Part shown: one piece after another, positions 20,860 to 29,491 of the stretch
Layout: each line of letters starts with the position of its first letter
How positions within the stretch are numbered: the stretch's first letter is position 1
From: Clostridiaceae bacterium
GTDB taxonomy: Bacteria; Bacillota; Clostridia; Saccharofermentanales; UBA5734
Direction of reading: 5' to 3'
NCBI GenBank assembly: GCA_034927345.1
Contig: JAYFQE010000023.1
Location: 80,393 to 144,392, forward strand
Length of the DNA: 64,000 bases
The notes under the pieces: model-generated
What the model was told of the DNA's origin: nothing
Database searches by the model: none
The model's input: the letters and a program-made list of their open reading frames with translations, nothing else
Made by a program: the position numbers and the translations under genes

Positions 20860-21785
20860 TGAAGCATTTTATTGACATTAAGGATATCTCCGCCGAAGAA
20901 TGGGAGGATCTGCTCGATCTGGCCGATACCTTGAAAGCCGAGCAAAAAGCCGGTATCGCCCATCCCTTGCTGGCTGGCAAAACGCTTGGCATGATCTTTG
21001 CCAAGTCATCAACCAGGACCCGCGTTTCTTTCGAAGTCGGCATGTATCAATTAGGCGGACAAGCCCTATTTCTGAGCACTCAGGATATCCAGCTCGGCCG
21101 CGGCGAAACGATATCCGATACCGCAAAAGTCATGTCCCGTTTTCTCGACGGCATCATGATCCGGACTTTTGCCCATCAGGATGTTCTCGATCTGGCTCAG
21201 TACGGCAGTATCCCGATTATCAACGGTCTGACCGACCTGATGCATCCATGCCAGGCGCTGGCCGACCTGATGACAATCCGTGAACACCAGGGATGCCTGA
21301 AAGGCAAGAAGCTGGCTTATGTCGGCGATGGCAACAATGTCGCCAATTCCCTGCTGCAAGCCTGCAGCAAGTCGGGCATGCATATAGCGGTTGCCTCGCC
21401 CGCCGGTTACACCTGCGATGCCGCCTGTATCGCCGATGCGCGCGCCGAAGCCGCCCGGCAGGGCACTGAAGTTCTTCTGACCGATGATCCGAGCGCTGCC
21501 GTTGCCGGCGCCGATGCGATTTACACCGATACCTGGGTCAGCATGGGGCAGGAAGCTGAAAAGGCCAGGCGCCTGCCTGTTTTCAAGCCATATCAGGTCA
21601 ATGACGCGCTGATGGCGCTGGCCAAGCCCGGCGCTGTTTTCCTGCACTGCCTGCCGGCTTATCGTGGGCTCGAAGTTACCGAATCGGTTATTGACGGCCC
21701 GGCGTCGGTTGTTTTTGATGAAGCTGAGAACCGGCTGCATGCGCAGAAAGCCGTTTTGGTTCGCTTGCTTGCTACCAATCGATGA
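20856..21785 (+). CDS. argF: ornithine carbamoyltransferase
   Basis: 309 aa with STRTRVSFE carbamoyl-phosphate motif and HCLP ornithine-binding motif; ATGA overlap with argD stop. Confidence 0.9.
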   Translation: MMKHFIDIKDISAEEWEDLLDLADTLKAEQKAGIAHPLLAGKTLGMIFAKSSTRTRVSFEVGMYQLGGQALFLSTQDIQLGRGETISDTAKVMSRFLDGIMIRTFAHQDVLDLAQYGSIPIINGLTDLMHPCQALADLMTIREHQGCLKGKKLAYVGDGNNVANSLLQACSKSGMHIAVASPAGYTCDAACIADARAEAARQGTEVLLTDDPSAAVAGADAIYTDTWVSMGQEAEKARRLPVFKPYQVNDALMALAKPGAVFLHCLPAYRGLEVTESVIDGPASVVFDEAENRLHAQKAVLVRLLATNR

Positions 21786-22309
21786 TGAAGAATAATAGTA
21801 ATCTGGTTATCCGCCAGGCAGAAGCCGGAGACGGTCCTGAGCTTTTGACATTGATTCAAAAAGCTATGGCTCTTTATGCCCGCCAATCCGGCATTGAAAC
21901 ACAACTTGACGCCCAACAGGAAACATTGGCCGATCTGGAAGCCCATATCGCTGACGACTTTATTCTGGTGGCTATTTACCATGGTTATCTTGCCGGAACG
22001 GTCAGGCTGGTCCGGCAGGACCAGGAAAACGCTTACTTCTGCCGGTTCGCCGTTCTGCCTGCGCTACATCGTTCCGGCGTCGGCCGGCGCTTATATCAGG
22101 CAGCCGAACAATGGCTGACCGAACATGATTTTCATTCAGTCTATCTGCATACGGCAATCAGCAATAAACCGCTGGTCGCATTTTATGAAGCGCGCGGATT
22201 CCGCCTGGTTGACGAACAAAACGACCGCGGTTACCCGCGCGGCACCTTCCGCAAAGAACTGCCGGCCGGTTCAGTTCACGGGCAGGCTCGGGAAGCTGTC
22301 TCTGAATGA
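21782..22309 (+). CDS. GNAT family N-acetyltransferase, candidate short-form N-acetylglutamate synthase
   Basis: 175 aa single GNAT domain (RFAVLPALHRSGVGRRLYQAAE); start ATGATGA overlaps argF stop (translational coupling); operon lacks argJ. Confidence 0.7.
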   Translation: MMKNNSNLVIRQAEAGDGPELLTLIQKAMALYARQSGIETQLDAQQETLADLEAHIADDFILVAIYHGYLAGTVRLVRQDQENAYFCRFAVLPALHRSGVGRRLYQAAEQWLTEHDFHSVYLHTAISNKPLVAFYEARGFRLVDEQNDRGYPRGTFRKELPAGSVHGQAREAVSE

Positions 22310-22876
22310 ACCAAAATTGCTGTAAGTTGCAAATTCTGAAGCCCAGAAAACAGAACAAATGATAATCACTACAAAAAAGACCAGTTGAAGAACAATGAAA
22401 ACCAGACCGATAATGTTGAGAATGCGGGCGGTCTTCAACTTTTTTGCCGCCTCGGCAGCTGTCGCTTCATTACCGGCCAGTATGGCAAAGACAAGACCGA
22501 TAATGCCCAGGATCATGCTGATACCCAGACCGCAGCACAGCATATTGATGATCGACATAACGATCATGCTGGTTGATGAAGGGCGCGGCTGATCCGAAGC
22601 CGCCGTACCGGCTGTGTTATTAAGAACATGGCTTGGCCAATGTCCGTCGCGCGATGGATTATAGTCTGAACGCGTATAAGCCGCACGGTCCTGTTGAGGA
22701 CCGCCGGGCGCCGCAGTATTTTGCGCCGGGCCGCTGCCTGTTGCCGAATCGGCTGCCGGCCGATCCTGCGCCGGTTGTTCTTGCTGCTTATCGGATGCAG
22801 CCAGGTACGCCTGACCGCAGGAAGGGCAATAAGTAAAATCCTGATCCGACGTATAGGAACAATTTGGGCAACGCAT
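22271..22876 (-). CDS. zinc-ribbon plus Pro/Gln-rich linker plus C-terminal two-TM (DUF4190/CD225-like) membrane protein
   Basis: 201 aa; MRCPNCSYTSDQDFTYCPSCG zinc ribbon; low-complexity middle; C-terminal MSIINMLCCGLGISMILGIIGLVFAILAG...ILNIIGLVFIVLQLVFFVVIII. Confidence 0.6.
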   Translation of the reverse strand: MRCPNCSYTSDQDFTYCPSCGQAYLAASDKQQEQPAQDRPAADSATGSGPAQNTAAPGGPQQDRAAYTRSDYNPSRDGHWPSHVLNNTAGTAASDQPRPSSTSMIVMSIINMLCCGLGISMILGIIGLVFAILAGNEATAAEAAKKLKTARILNIIGLVFIVLQLVFFVVIIICSVFWASEFATYSNFGSFRDSFPSLPVN

Positions 22877-22922
22877 GAATAAGCCTCCTTGAAAAATCGA
22901 ATAATTCTGCCATCAGTTTAGG

Positions 22923-23147
22923 CTAAACGACAATCAGCGTCAACAGATGTTTCCGGCAGTTCGAGCGGTATCGCGGATTTTCGAAAATTACAGTGTCCAG
23001 TTCAACTAGTTTTTGCTCGGCAACCTGACAGATGAATTGATTGCTCACTTCTTTGGGCTTTTCCAGACCACCGGTCAATCCTTCGCACAGGTCGACGCTC
23101 AGCACGTCCTTGATGAACTTCTCTGCGATTTGTTGTATACTCTCCAT
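22923..23147 (-). CDS. small hypothetical protein (74 aa)
   Basis: MESIQQIAEKFIKDVLSVDLCEGLTGGLEKPKEVSNQFICQVAEQKLVELDTVIFENPRYRSNCRKHL; ATG 23147 with AAAGGA RBS; no recognised domain. Confidence 0.35.
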   Translation of the reverse strand: MESIQQIAEKFIKDVLSVDLCEGLTGGLEKPKEVSNQFICQVAEQKLVELDTVIFENPRYRSNCRKHLLTLIVV

Positions 23148-23463
23148 GTTGAAATCCTTTACTGCGGTTTTTTTGTTGGTTTTGGTCGACAAACATTTTA
23201 CCACACGAGGATTTCTTCTTTTATTTGATCTCCGAGAACAATGTTACACTAACTTCCGGCAGCCTTTCCTGATACTCGGCCCTGCGGCCTGACGGCCTTA
23301 AACTCGCATCAGAAAGGCTATTGGACACCTATAACTAGACTTTTAGGTTATCGGCAAGCATAAGAACTCGCAAATAGGACTCATAGCCCCGCTCTCAACT
23401 GCCCTCACAGTATCGCCTGGACGATGAGCCAATCCGACGAGGCTTGATCCATCGTCCAGACCT

Positions 23464-23904
23464 TTACGGGGCCAGCCAGTTCCAGGGGTACCAGGGCAAA
23501 TTGCGCAGAATGAAAAAAAGAATCGCACTGACCAGCAAAGCCCATAATAACGGCCGGGTATCTTTTATCGGCGGTATGATCCGCCGGCCGGCCAACGCTC
23601 GCAGCCATTCTCCCAGCAGGGCATATGCCGGCCAGGGCAGCCAGATCATCATGAACAGATTATAGGAAAGCGCCGCTGCCAGATCTCCATGCAGCAAAGC
23701 GGCTAATGCGCGCGTCGCTCCGCAGCCGATACAATAGAGTCCGGTCAGTCCATGAAAAAAACAAGGCAGCAAGCCGGGTCCATGGATCGGATCCGACCAG
23801 AGCAGAACCAGAATCCCGACAGCGGCCAATGCAGGCGCCCCCAGGATAATGGCCAAACGTCCCTGCAGTTTTTTCACTGAAGCACTGATCATTCGGGTTG
23901 GCAT
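23464..23904 (-). CDS. DUF2752 domain membrane protein
   Basis: 146 aa, GLYCIGCGATRA matches the DUF2752 GxxCPGCGxTRA signature; 4 TM. Confidence 0.65.
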   Translation of the reverse strand: MPTRMISASVKKLQGRLAIILGAPALAAVGILVLLWSDPIHGPGLLPCFFHGLTGLYCIGCGATRALAALLHGDLAAALSYNLFMMIWLPWPAYALLGEWLRALAGRRIIPPIKDTRPLLWALLVSAILFFILRNLPWYPWNWLAP

Positions 23905-23928
23905 CCTATCTGCCGGCTGCCGGCAATT

Positions 23929-24513
23929 TCAGCGGATTGTCTCATGAGCGATGCCGTCGGTTTTCTTTTCGCCTTTGATAAACCTGGAAACAGCCTTATA
24001 CAAGACAAAAGTCATTCCTGCATTAATGCCGGCCTTGATCAGGTTAAACGGTATGATAATGGGTAAAATCATTCCTTTGACTACCGACACCGGCATATTC
24101 AGAAAAAGCGGGGTGATGACCAGATTGGCGGCTGCCATGACGGCTGCCATAGCCAGAACGCCGCAAATTAAACCGACAGCCGCAGATATGCGGGTCTTTT
24201 TATGTTTATAAATATTCCCTGCCACCAGAACAAACGTACCTGTTGCAGCGACGTGCATGATGACGCCGTAGAAACCGCTGACTGCGCTGACTGTAAGTCC
24301 CTGGATAACGGCGGCGATGACCGTGATCAGAAGGCCGGCAAGCGGACCGAAAGCGAAGGTGCCGATCAAGATAGGGATATCTGCCGGATCGTATTCAAGG
24401 TAAGACGCGGCCGGAAAGATCGGGAAATGGATCAGCCAGACCAAGACAATTGACAGAGCGGCCAACATGGCCAGCGTCGTCAGTTCGCGGATTTTCATAC
24501 GTTGTGCTTTCAT
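23929..24513 (-). CDS. ECF transporter S component, cobalamin-specific candidate (CbrT-like)
   Basis: 194 aa from MKAQRMKIRELTTLAMLAAL, 5-6 TM typical of ECF S components; preceded by cobalamin riboswitch-like leader and terminator; RBS GGAGG before ATG 24513. Confidence 0.7.
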   Translation of the reverse strand: MKAQRMKIRELTTLAMLAALSIVLVWLIHFPIFPAASYLEYDPADIPILIGTFAFGPLAGLLITVIAAVIQGLTVSAVSGFYGVIMHVAATGTFVLVAGNIYKHKKTRISAAVGLICGVLAMAAVMAAANLVITPLFLNMPVSVVKGMILPIIIPFNLIKAGINAGMTFVLYKAVSRFIKGEKKTDGIAHETIR

Positions 24514-24562
24514 CTTGCACCTCCAAATAATTAATTTTACCGGTTTGCCGGGTTGCCGGCCG

Positions 24563-24778
24563 GTAAAATAAAAACGCCCCTGCATGAAACAGGGGCGCGA
24601 CGGCAATCAACAATGATCAGCGTTTTCCTTCCATCCAGACTTTACTGTCGGCTCAGGTTTCTCACCTGATCAGCTCCGGCTGCTAAAGCCGAAGGTCGCG
24701 GGCTCGTCCTTCCTGTATGGAAGGCATCACCGCCGGTAGGGAATTTCACCCTGCCCCGGAAACATGCAATTATCAACA
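24563..24778 (-). promoter_or_regulatory. cobalamin (B12) riboswitch-like element with intrinsic terminator expression platform
   Basis: Reverse strand contains GGGUGAAAUUCCCuaCCGGCGGUGAUG core, hairpin CCUUCC-AUACA-GGAAGG, B12-box-like GAGCCCGCGACCUUCGGC, then terminator CGCCCCUG-uuucaug-CAGGGGCG UUUUUAUUUU 30 nt before the ECF-S start. Confidence 0.55.
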
Positions 24779-24897
24779 ACAGTATAGCATGATCGAACAG
24801 CATTACAAGCAGTAAAATGGGCAGCGTCCTGGACCGCTTCGGCAGCGCTTTGCAGTGTCCATAACAGTGTCCGCGCTCTAATAATCCATAAACCAGA

Positions 24898-26100
24898 TTA
24901 ATGAACCCGCTCCTTGCCCAGTAAATAGCTCTGCACGGCGTTTATGGTATCGCCGGCCAGATAGGCGCGCGGCACACGGCGGCCGATCAAACAGGTTACT
25001 TCATAGCTGATGGTCTCCAGCCAGCCGGCCATTTCATCGACCGGGATGCAGCCTGCGGCTTCATCGGTTGATTGTTCGCCAAAGAGCACCACTTCATCAC
25101 CGACCTGGACCGGGCTGCCTTTAAGCTGAGTCAAGTCTATCATGCAGGTGTCCATGCAAATACGGCCGACTACCGGGGCGCGCTGCCCGTGAACCAGAAC
25201 CGAGGCCTGATTCGATAAACGCCTGGAATAGCCGTCGGCGTAACCGATCGGTATTGTGGCGATTTGACTGTCGCGATTGGTTGTGAACAAACGGCCATAA
25301 CTGACCGAGCTGCCGGCCGGCAGCTGCTTGTTGAGAACGATGCAGGTTTTCAGGGTCATGGCTGGTTTTAAATCAGTCCAGGCGTCGGGGCAGCCGGCCG
25401 GCACCATGCCGTACAAGATCAAGCCGGGACGAACCATGTCCAGATGCATGTTGGGGAAACGCATGGTCGCGGCGCTGTTGCAGACATGCTTGATGGGTAT
25501 GGCCAGGCCGATGCGATTCAATTCATCACTGATACTCATAAATTGTTCGAACTGTTTCCAGGTATAGCTGGTATCGGCTTCATCCGCCGTGGCAAAATGG
25601 GTATACATGCCCTCGATGATCACGTGCGGCAGAGAACGGATCCAGGTAATTTCTTTAATCGCCTGATAACCTGCTAAAAAACCGACACGGCCCATGCCGG
25701 TGTCAACCTTGATATGGATCCGGGCATCGCAGGCCATGTCAACGGCGGCAGCTGATAACGCCTGAGCCAGATCACGGCTGTAAACAGTTTGTGTAATCCG
25801 GTTGGCCAGGATTTCACGGGCCCGGCTGGGATCGGTATAGCCGAGTACCAGGATTGGCGCCGCAATGCCGCTTCGCCGCAGTTCTATTGCCTCATCCAAC
25901 ATGGATACTGCCAGACGGCTTGCTCCGTTGGCCAGCAATACCGGAGCCACCTGATCGACCCCATGGCCATAAGCGTCGGCTTTAACAACGCCCATTATCT
26001 CACAGCTGCGATGGACGGAGCGGCGGATTCGCCGGACATTGGCAGCGATGTGATCGAGATTGACCTCGGCCCAGGATCGATTTAAAAGATTGTGATTCAT
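24898..26100 (-). CDS. alr: alanine racemase
   Basis: 400 aa; PLP site VVKADAYGHG. Confidence 0.9.
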   Translation of the reverse strand: MNHNLLNRSWAEVNLDHIAANVRRIRRSVHRSCEIMGVVKADAYGHGVDQVAPVLLANGASRLAVSMLDEAIELRRSGIAAPILVLGYTDPSRAREILANRITQTVYSRDLAQALSAAAVDMACDARIHIKVDTGMGRVGFLAGYQAIKEITWIRSLPHVIIEGMYTHFATADEADTSYTWKQFEQFMSISDELNRIGLAIPIKHVCNSAATMRFPNMHLDMVRPGLILYGMVPAGCPDAWTDLKPAMTLKTCIVLNKQLPAGSSVSYGRLFTTNRDSQIATIPIGYADGYSRRLSNQASVLVHGQRAPVVGRICMDTCMIDLTQLKGSPVQVGDEVVLFGEQSTDEAAGCIPVDEMAGWLETISYEVTCLIGRRVPRAYLAGDTINAVQSYLLGKERVH

Positions 26101-26129
26101 TCGGTGAACATCTCCTTTATAACTTGCCG

Positions 26130-27734
26130 TTAAGATAAATTTTCCACTTCCCAGCCGGTTTGGCTATAGGCGCGGCCCAGCTCGGTTATCACATCACGCG
26201 GCAGCATCGCCCGGCGGCCCAGCCTGGCCGCTGCCAGATCGGCTGCCAGGCCGTGCAGGTAGACGCCGGCCGCGGCGGCTTCGTGCGGCGGCAACCCCTG
26301 TGCCAGCAGGCCGGCGATCAAGCCGCACAAGACATCGCCGCTGCCGCCGCGCGCCAAGCCGTCCTGACCGGTCGGATTGATCCAGCAGCGGCCGGACGGT
26401 TCGGCAACTATGGTTGCCGCTCCTTTAAGGACAACGATGCTGCCGCTGCGCACAGCCAATTCGCAGGCGGCGCGGCGGCGGTCCTGCAAGTCCAGGTCCG
26501 GCGCCAGGCGATGGAATTCGCCGGGGTGGGGCGTTAAAACAGCCGGCGGTAAATGCCGGATCCGGCCGCGGTCCAAAAGCAGCCGGCAAGCAGTGTCCGG
26601 ATTGATGGACATCTGATTCAGGGCATCGGCATCAATAACCAGCTGCGGCGCCGTTTCAATCAGATCGGCCAGTAAAGATTCCAGCCAGGCCGGGCGGTTG
26701 ATGCCGGGTCCGATGGCCACAGCCTGAACCTGGGCCGACAGCCGGTGGATTTGCGTCATACTTTCTGTTTCATCGTCCGGATCGATCAGACTGACCAGCG
26801 CTTCCGGCCGGGAAGCCAGAACTGCCGGAGCGATCGCCAGGGGAACCGCCAGATGCAGCAATCCCACGCCTGACCTGGCGGCCGCTTCGGCGGCAAGAAC
26901 CAGGGCGCCCGGCATTCCCGGAGCGCCGCCGATCACCAGGGCTTTGCCGAAAAGGCCTTTATGGCTGTCGGCCGGCCGTTTGGGACACCAGGTGCGTATC
27001 TCGTCAGGACATAATAAATAGGCCGGCGGTTGACCGCAGCCGGCTAAAGCCTGAGCCAGCAGATCATCGCCAATACCGATCGGATCAACAATCAGGCGTC
27101 CGGCAAGAAAGCGGCCCGGTGTCGTACAGAGGCCGATTTTAGGACGAACAAAGGTTACGGTGCAGTCAGCCTGCAAACAGGACGGGTCGGCGGTTCCCTT
27201 CCCCGCATCAAGTCCGGACGGCACATCGATCGCAATAACCCGGACGCCCCGCCGGCGGGCATCGGCAATCAAGCTGCTTAACCGGACAAATTCTTCCGGC
27301 AGTTTGCGGCCGCCCTGATAGCCGGAGCCAAAGAGGCCGTCCAGAATCAAGCCGTTCGGATCAAGGGCGAAATCCGTTTCGGTTGCCGGACCCAGGCAGC
27401 AGCCTAAACCAATCAAAGCCTGTCGATTGGCTGCCGCTTCAGCCGGCAGCGCCGCGTCAGGATAGAGTTCGCGGCAAACGACCGGCCAGCCGCCGGCCAG
27501 CAGCATGCGGGCACAGGCAAAAGCATCGCCGCCGTTTTGACCTTTCCCCGCTAAAACAAGAACCGGCAGACGCGGGATATTCCGCTCCGCGGCATATTCC
27601 CGGCATTGCCGTACGACTGCGGCCGCTGCCGCTTCCATAAGCAGCAGCAGGGGCAATCCTGTTTTCTCCTGCCAAATCCGGTCAACAGCCTGTTGTTCTT
27701 CCGGTGTAATAATCCGCACAACCGATTCCTCCAA
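26130..27734 (-). CDS. nnr: bifunctional NAD(P)H-hydrate repair enzyme Nnr (epimerase/dehydratase)
   Basis: 534 aa; YjeF-N (GKGQNGGDAFACARML) plus YjeF-C carbohydrate-kinase-like domain. Confidence 0.85.
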   Translation of the reverse strand: MEESVVRIITPEEQQAVDRIWQEKTGLPLLLLMEAAAAAVVRQCREYAAERNIPRLPVLVLAGKGQNGGDAFACARMLLAGGWPVVCRELYPDAALPAEAAANRQALIGLGCCLGPATETDFALDPNGLILDGLFGSGYQGGRKLPEEFVRLSSLIADARRRGVRVIAIDVPSGLDAGKGTADPSCLQADCTVTFVRPKIGLCTTPGRFLAGRLIVDPIGIGDDLLAQALAGCGQPPAYLLCPDEIRTWCPKRPADSHKGLFGKALVIGGAPGMPGALVLAAEAAARSGVGLLHLAVPLAIAPAVLASRPEALVSLIDPDDETESMTQIHRLSAQVQAVAIGPGINRPAWLESLLADLIETAPQLVIDADALNQMSINPDTACRLLLDRGRIRHLPPAVLTPHPGEFHRLAPDLDLQDRRRAACELAVRSGSIVVLKGAATIVAEPSGRCWINPTGQDGLARGGSGDVLCGLIAGLLAQGLPPHEAAAAGVYLHGLAADLAAARLGRRAMLPRDVITELGRAYSQTGWEVENLS

Positions 27735-27754
27735 TCATCGGAGATCTTTTTGTC

Positions 27755-27786
27755 TTGAGTATACTCGTGTGCGGGAAATCGTACAA
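27755..27786 (-). promoter_or_regulatory. putative sigma-A promoter for nnr-alr (TTGTAC-17-TATACT)
   Basis: Reverse strand TTGTACgatttcccgcacacgagTATACT ~25 nt before nnr start. Confidence 0.4.
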
Positions 27787-27858
27787 CGCCGGCCGGCATT
27801 TTATGATTGCCTTCAATATTTTCAGATGTTAAAAAATTCTATATTTTTCCTATGATCC

Positions 27859-27897
27859 GGATCGACTTTATAATGAAAAGAGAGATCATTTTTAGGA
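27859..27897 (-). terminator. hairpin terminator downstream of trxA
   Basis: 11-bp perfect stem AGAGAGATCAT/ATGATCTCTCT with 7-nt loop, short U-tract. Confidence 0.45.
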
Positions 27898-27945
27898 TGA
27901 TCTCTCTGCGGTCGTCTATTCAAGCCATCAATGTACTGTATCAGA

Positions 27946-28263
27946 TCAAAGCTGTTTGTCCAATGCGGCGGCCAACTCGGCATACGGTCTGGCGCCGACC
28001 ATTTTTTCAACGACCTGGCCGCTTTTAAGAATATAAATCGTTGGTATGCTCATGACTTTAAACTGTTCGGCGAGTTCGGATTCTTCATCGACATTGATTT
28101 TGCCGATAACCGCTCTGCCTTTGTAATCTTCAGCCAATTTATCAATAGTCGGAGCAACCATGCGGCACGGTCCGCACCAGACTGCCCAAAAATCCAGCAA
28201 CACCGGTTTGTCGCTTTTCATCACCAGTTCGTCAAAATTATCGGTTTTGATTGTCAATGCCAT
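27946..28263 (-). CDS. trxA: thioredoxin
   Basis: 105 aa from MALTIKTDNFDEL; active site WAVWCGPCRMVAP. Confidence 0.9.
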   Translation of the reverse strand: MALTIKTDNFDELVMKSDKPVLLDFWAVWCGPCRMVAPTIDKLAEDYKGRAVIGKINVDEESELAEQFKVMSIPTIYILKSGQVVEKMVGARPYAELAAALDKQL

Positions 28264-28365
28264 GATAAACCCTCCGCATGTCCCGGTAATCAATGCCCGG
28301 GCTATAATATTCATATAGGATCAGCATAAAGGCAGCCGTAAACCGGCGCGGTAACTATAGTTACG

Positions 28366-29301
28366 TCAGGTCGGCGACCCCGTGTCAGGCAAACGCTCCA
28401 GATTAAAGGGCGTTTCCTGATAGACATAGTAGTTCAGCCAATTGGCAAAAAGAAGATAAGCCGAGCTCCGCCAATTGACAACCGGCAGTTTTGACGGATC
28501 ATCATCCTGAAAATAATGGACCGGCGGGTCGATCGGCAGTCCGCGTTCCAGATCACGTTCGTATTCATATTTTAAAGTCAGCGGATCATATTCCGAATGA
28601 CCGGTCAGGAAGATCTGCCGGCCCGTCAGATCTGAAACGGCATAAACGCCGGATATTTCCGATTCTGAAAGAATGCGCAGAGCGGGTATTTTTTCCAGAT
28701 CGGCGCGCCGTACTTCGGTGTGGCGCGAGTGGGGCACATAAAAAACATCGTCAAAACCCCGGAACAGTTTAACCGGTTTAGTCCAACTGAGACAATGTGG
28801 GAAAATGCCGAACATTTTAGCCGGCAGTTCATATTTGGGGATGCCGTAATGGTAGTAGAGACCGGCCTGGGCGCCCCAGCAGATATGCAGGGTCGAATAA
28901 ACATGCGAACGGCTCCAGCGCATGATTTCGCATAATTCCGGCCAATAGGCGACATCCTCAAACTGCATATGTTCCACAGGCGCTCCGGTAATAATCATGC
29001 CGTCGTAACGGCGGTCGCGCACCTGATCGAAGGTCTCATAGAATTTCGTCAGATGTTCGGAGGACGTGTTTCGGGGATTGTAAGAAGCCGTATACAAAAG
29101 GTCGACATCCACCTGCAGCGGCGAATTGCCTAAAAGGCGCAACAACTGGGTTTCTGTTACGATCTTGGTCGGCATCAGATTCAGAATCAGGATACGCAGA
29201 GGTCGGATATCCTGGCTGTAAGCCCGGTTATCATGCATCACGAAAACATTTTCCTGTTCCAGAATGCCGGCTGCCGGCAAATGATCAGGTATTTTAATAG
29301 G
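28366..29301 (-). CDS. metA: homoserine O-acyltransferase (MetA family)
   Basis: 311 aa from [23 protein letters not shown]...; MetA/HTS family conservation incl. catalytic Cys-region [12 protein letters not shown]. Confidence 0.85.
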   Translation of the reverse strand, partial: PIKIPDHLPAAGILEQENVFVMHDNRAYSQDIRPLRILILNLMPTKIVTETQLLRLLGNSPLQVDVDLLYTASYNPRNTSSEHLTKFYETFDQVRDRRYDGMIITGAPVEHMQFEDVAYWPELCEIMRWSRSHVYSTLHICWGAQAGLYYHYGIPKYELPAKMFGIFPHCLSWTKPVKLFRGFDDVFYVPHSRHTEVRRADLEKIPALRILSESEISGVYAVSDLTGRQIFLTGHSEYDPLTLKYEYERDLERGLPIDPPVHYFQDDDPSKLPVVNWRSSAYLLFANWLNYYVYQETPFNLERLPDTGSPT

Positions 29302-29491
29302 CATGAGCTTTTCCTCCCGCGCGCAGAGATCAGCCGCTAAACCTGGAAGACCGGTTGTGGGAGTCCATGGCAATTGGCGAAAGCGGTGCGTTTCAGAACA
29401 GTATCTACACTGCCGCCGAGCTTGTCAAGTGTCCGTGTTTCAAAGACAAATTATATGTGACATAAAGACAAAATCATACCGATAACCGCTT

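Noticed and set aside
29302-29491. 190-nt leader upstream of metA examined for SAM (S-box) riboswitch or Met T-box
   Set aside because: No S-box conserved segments or T-box AGGGUGGNACCGCG sequence were recognisable. It may simply be a promoter region.
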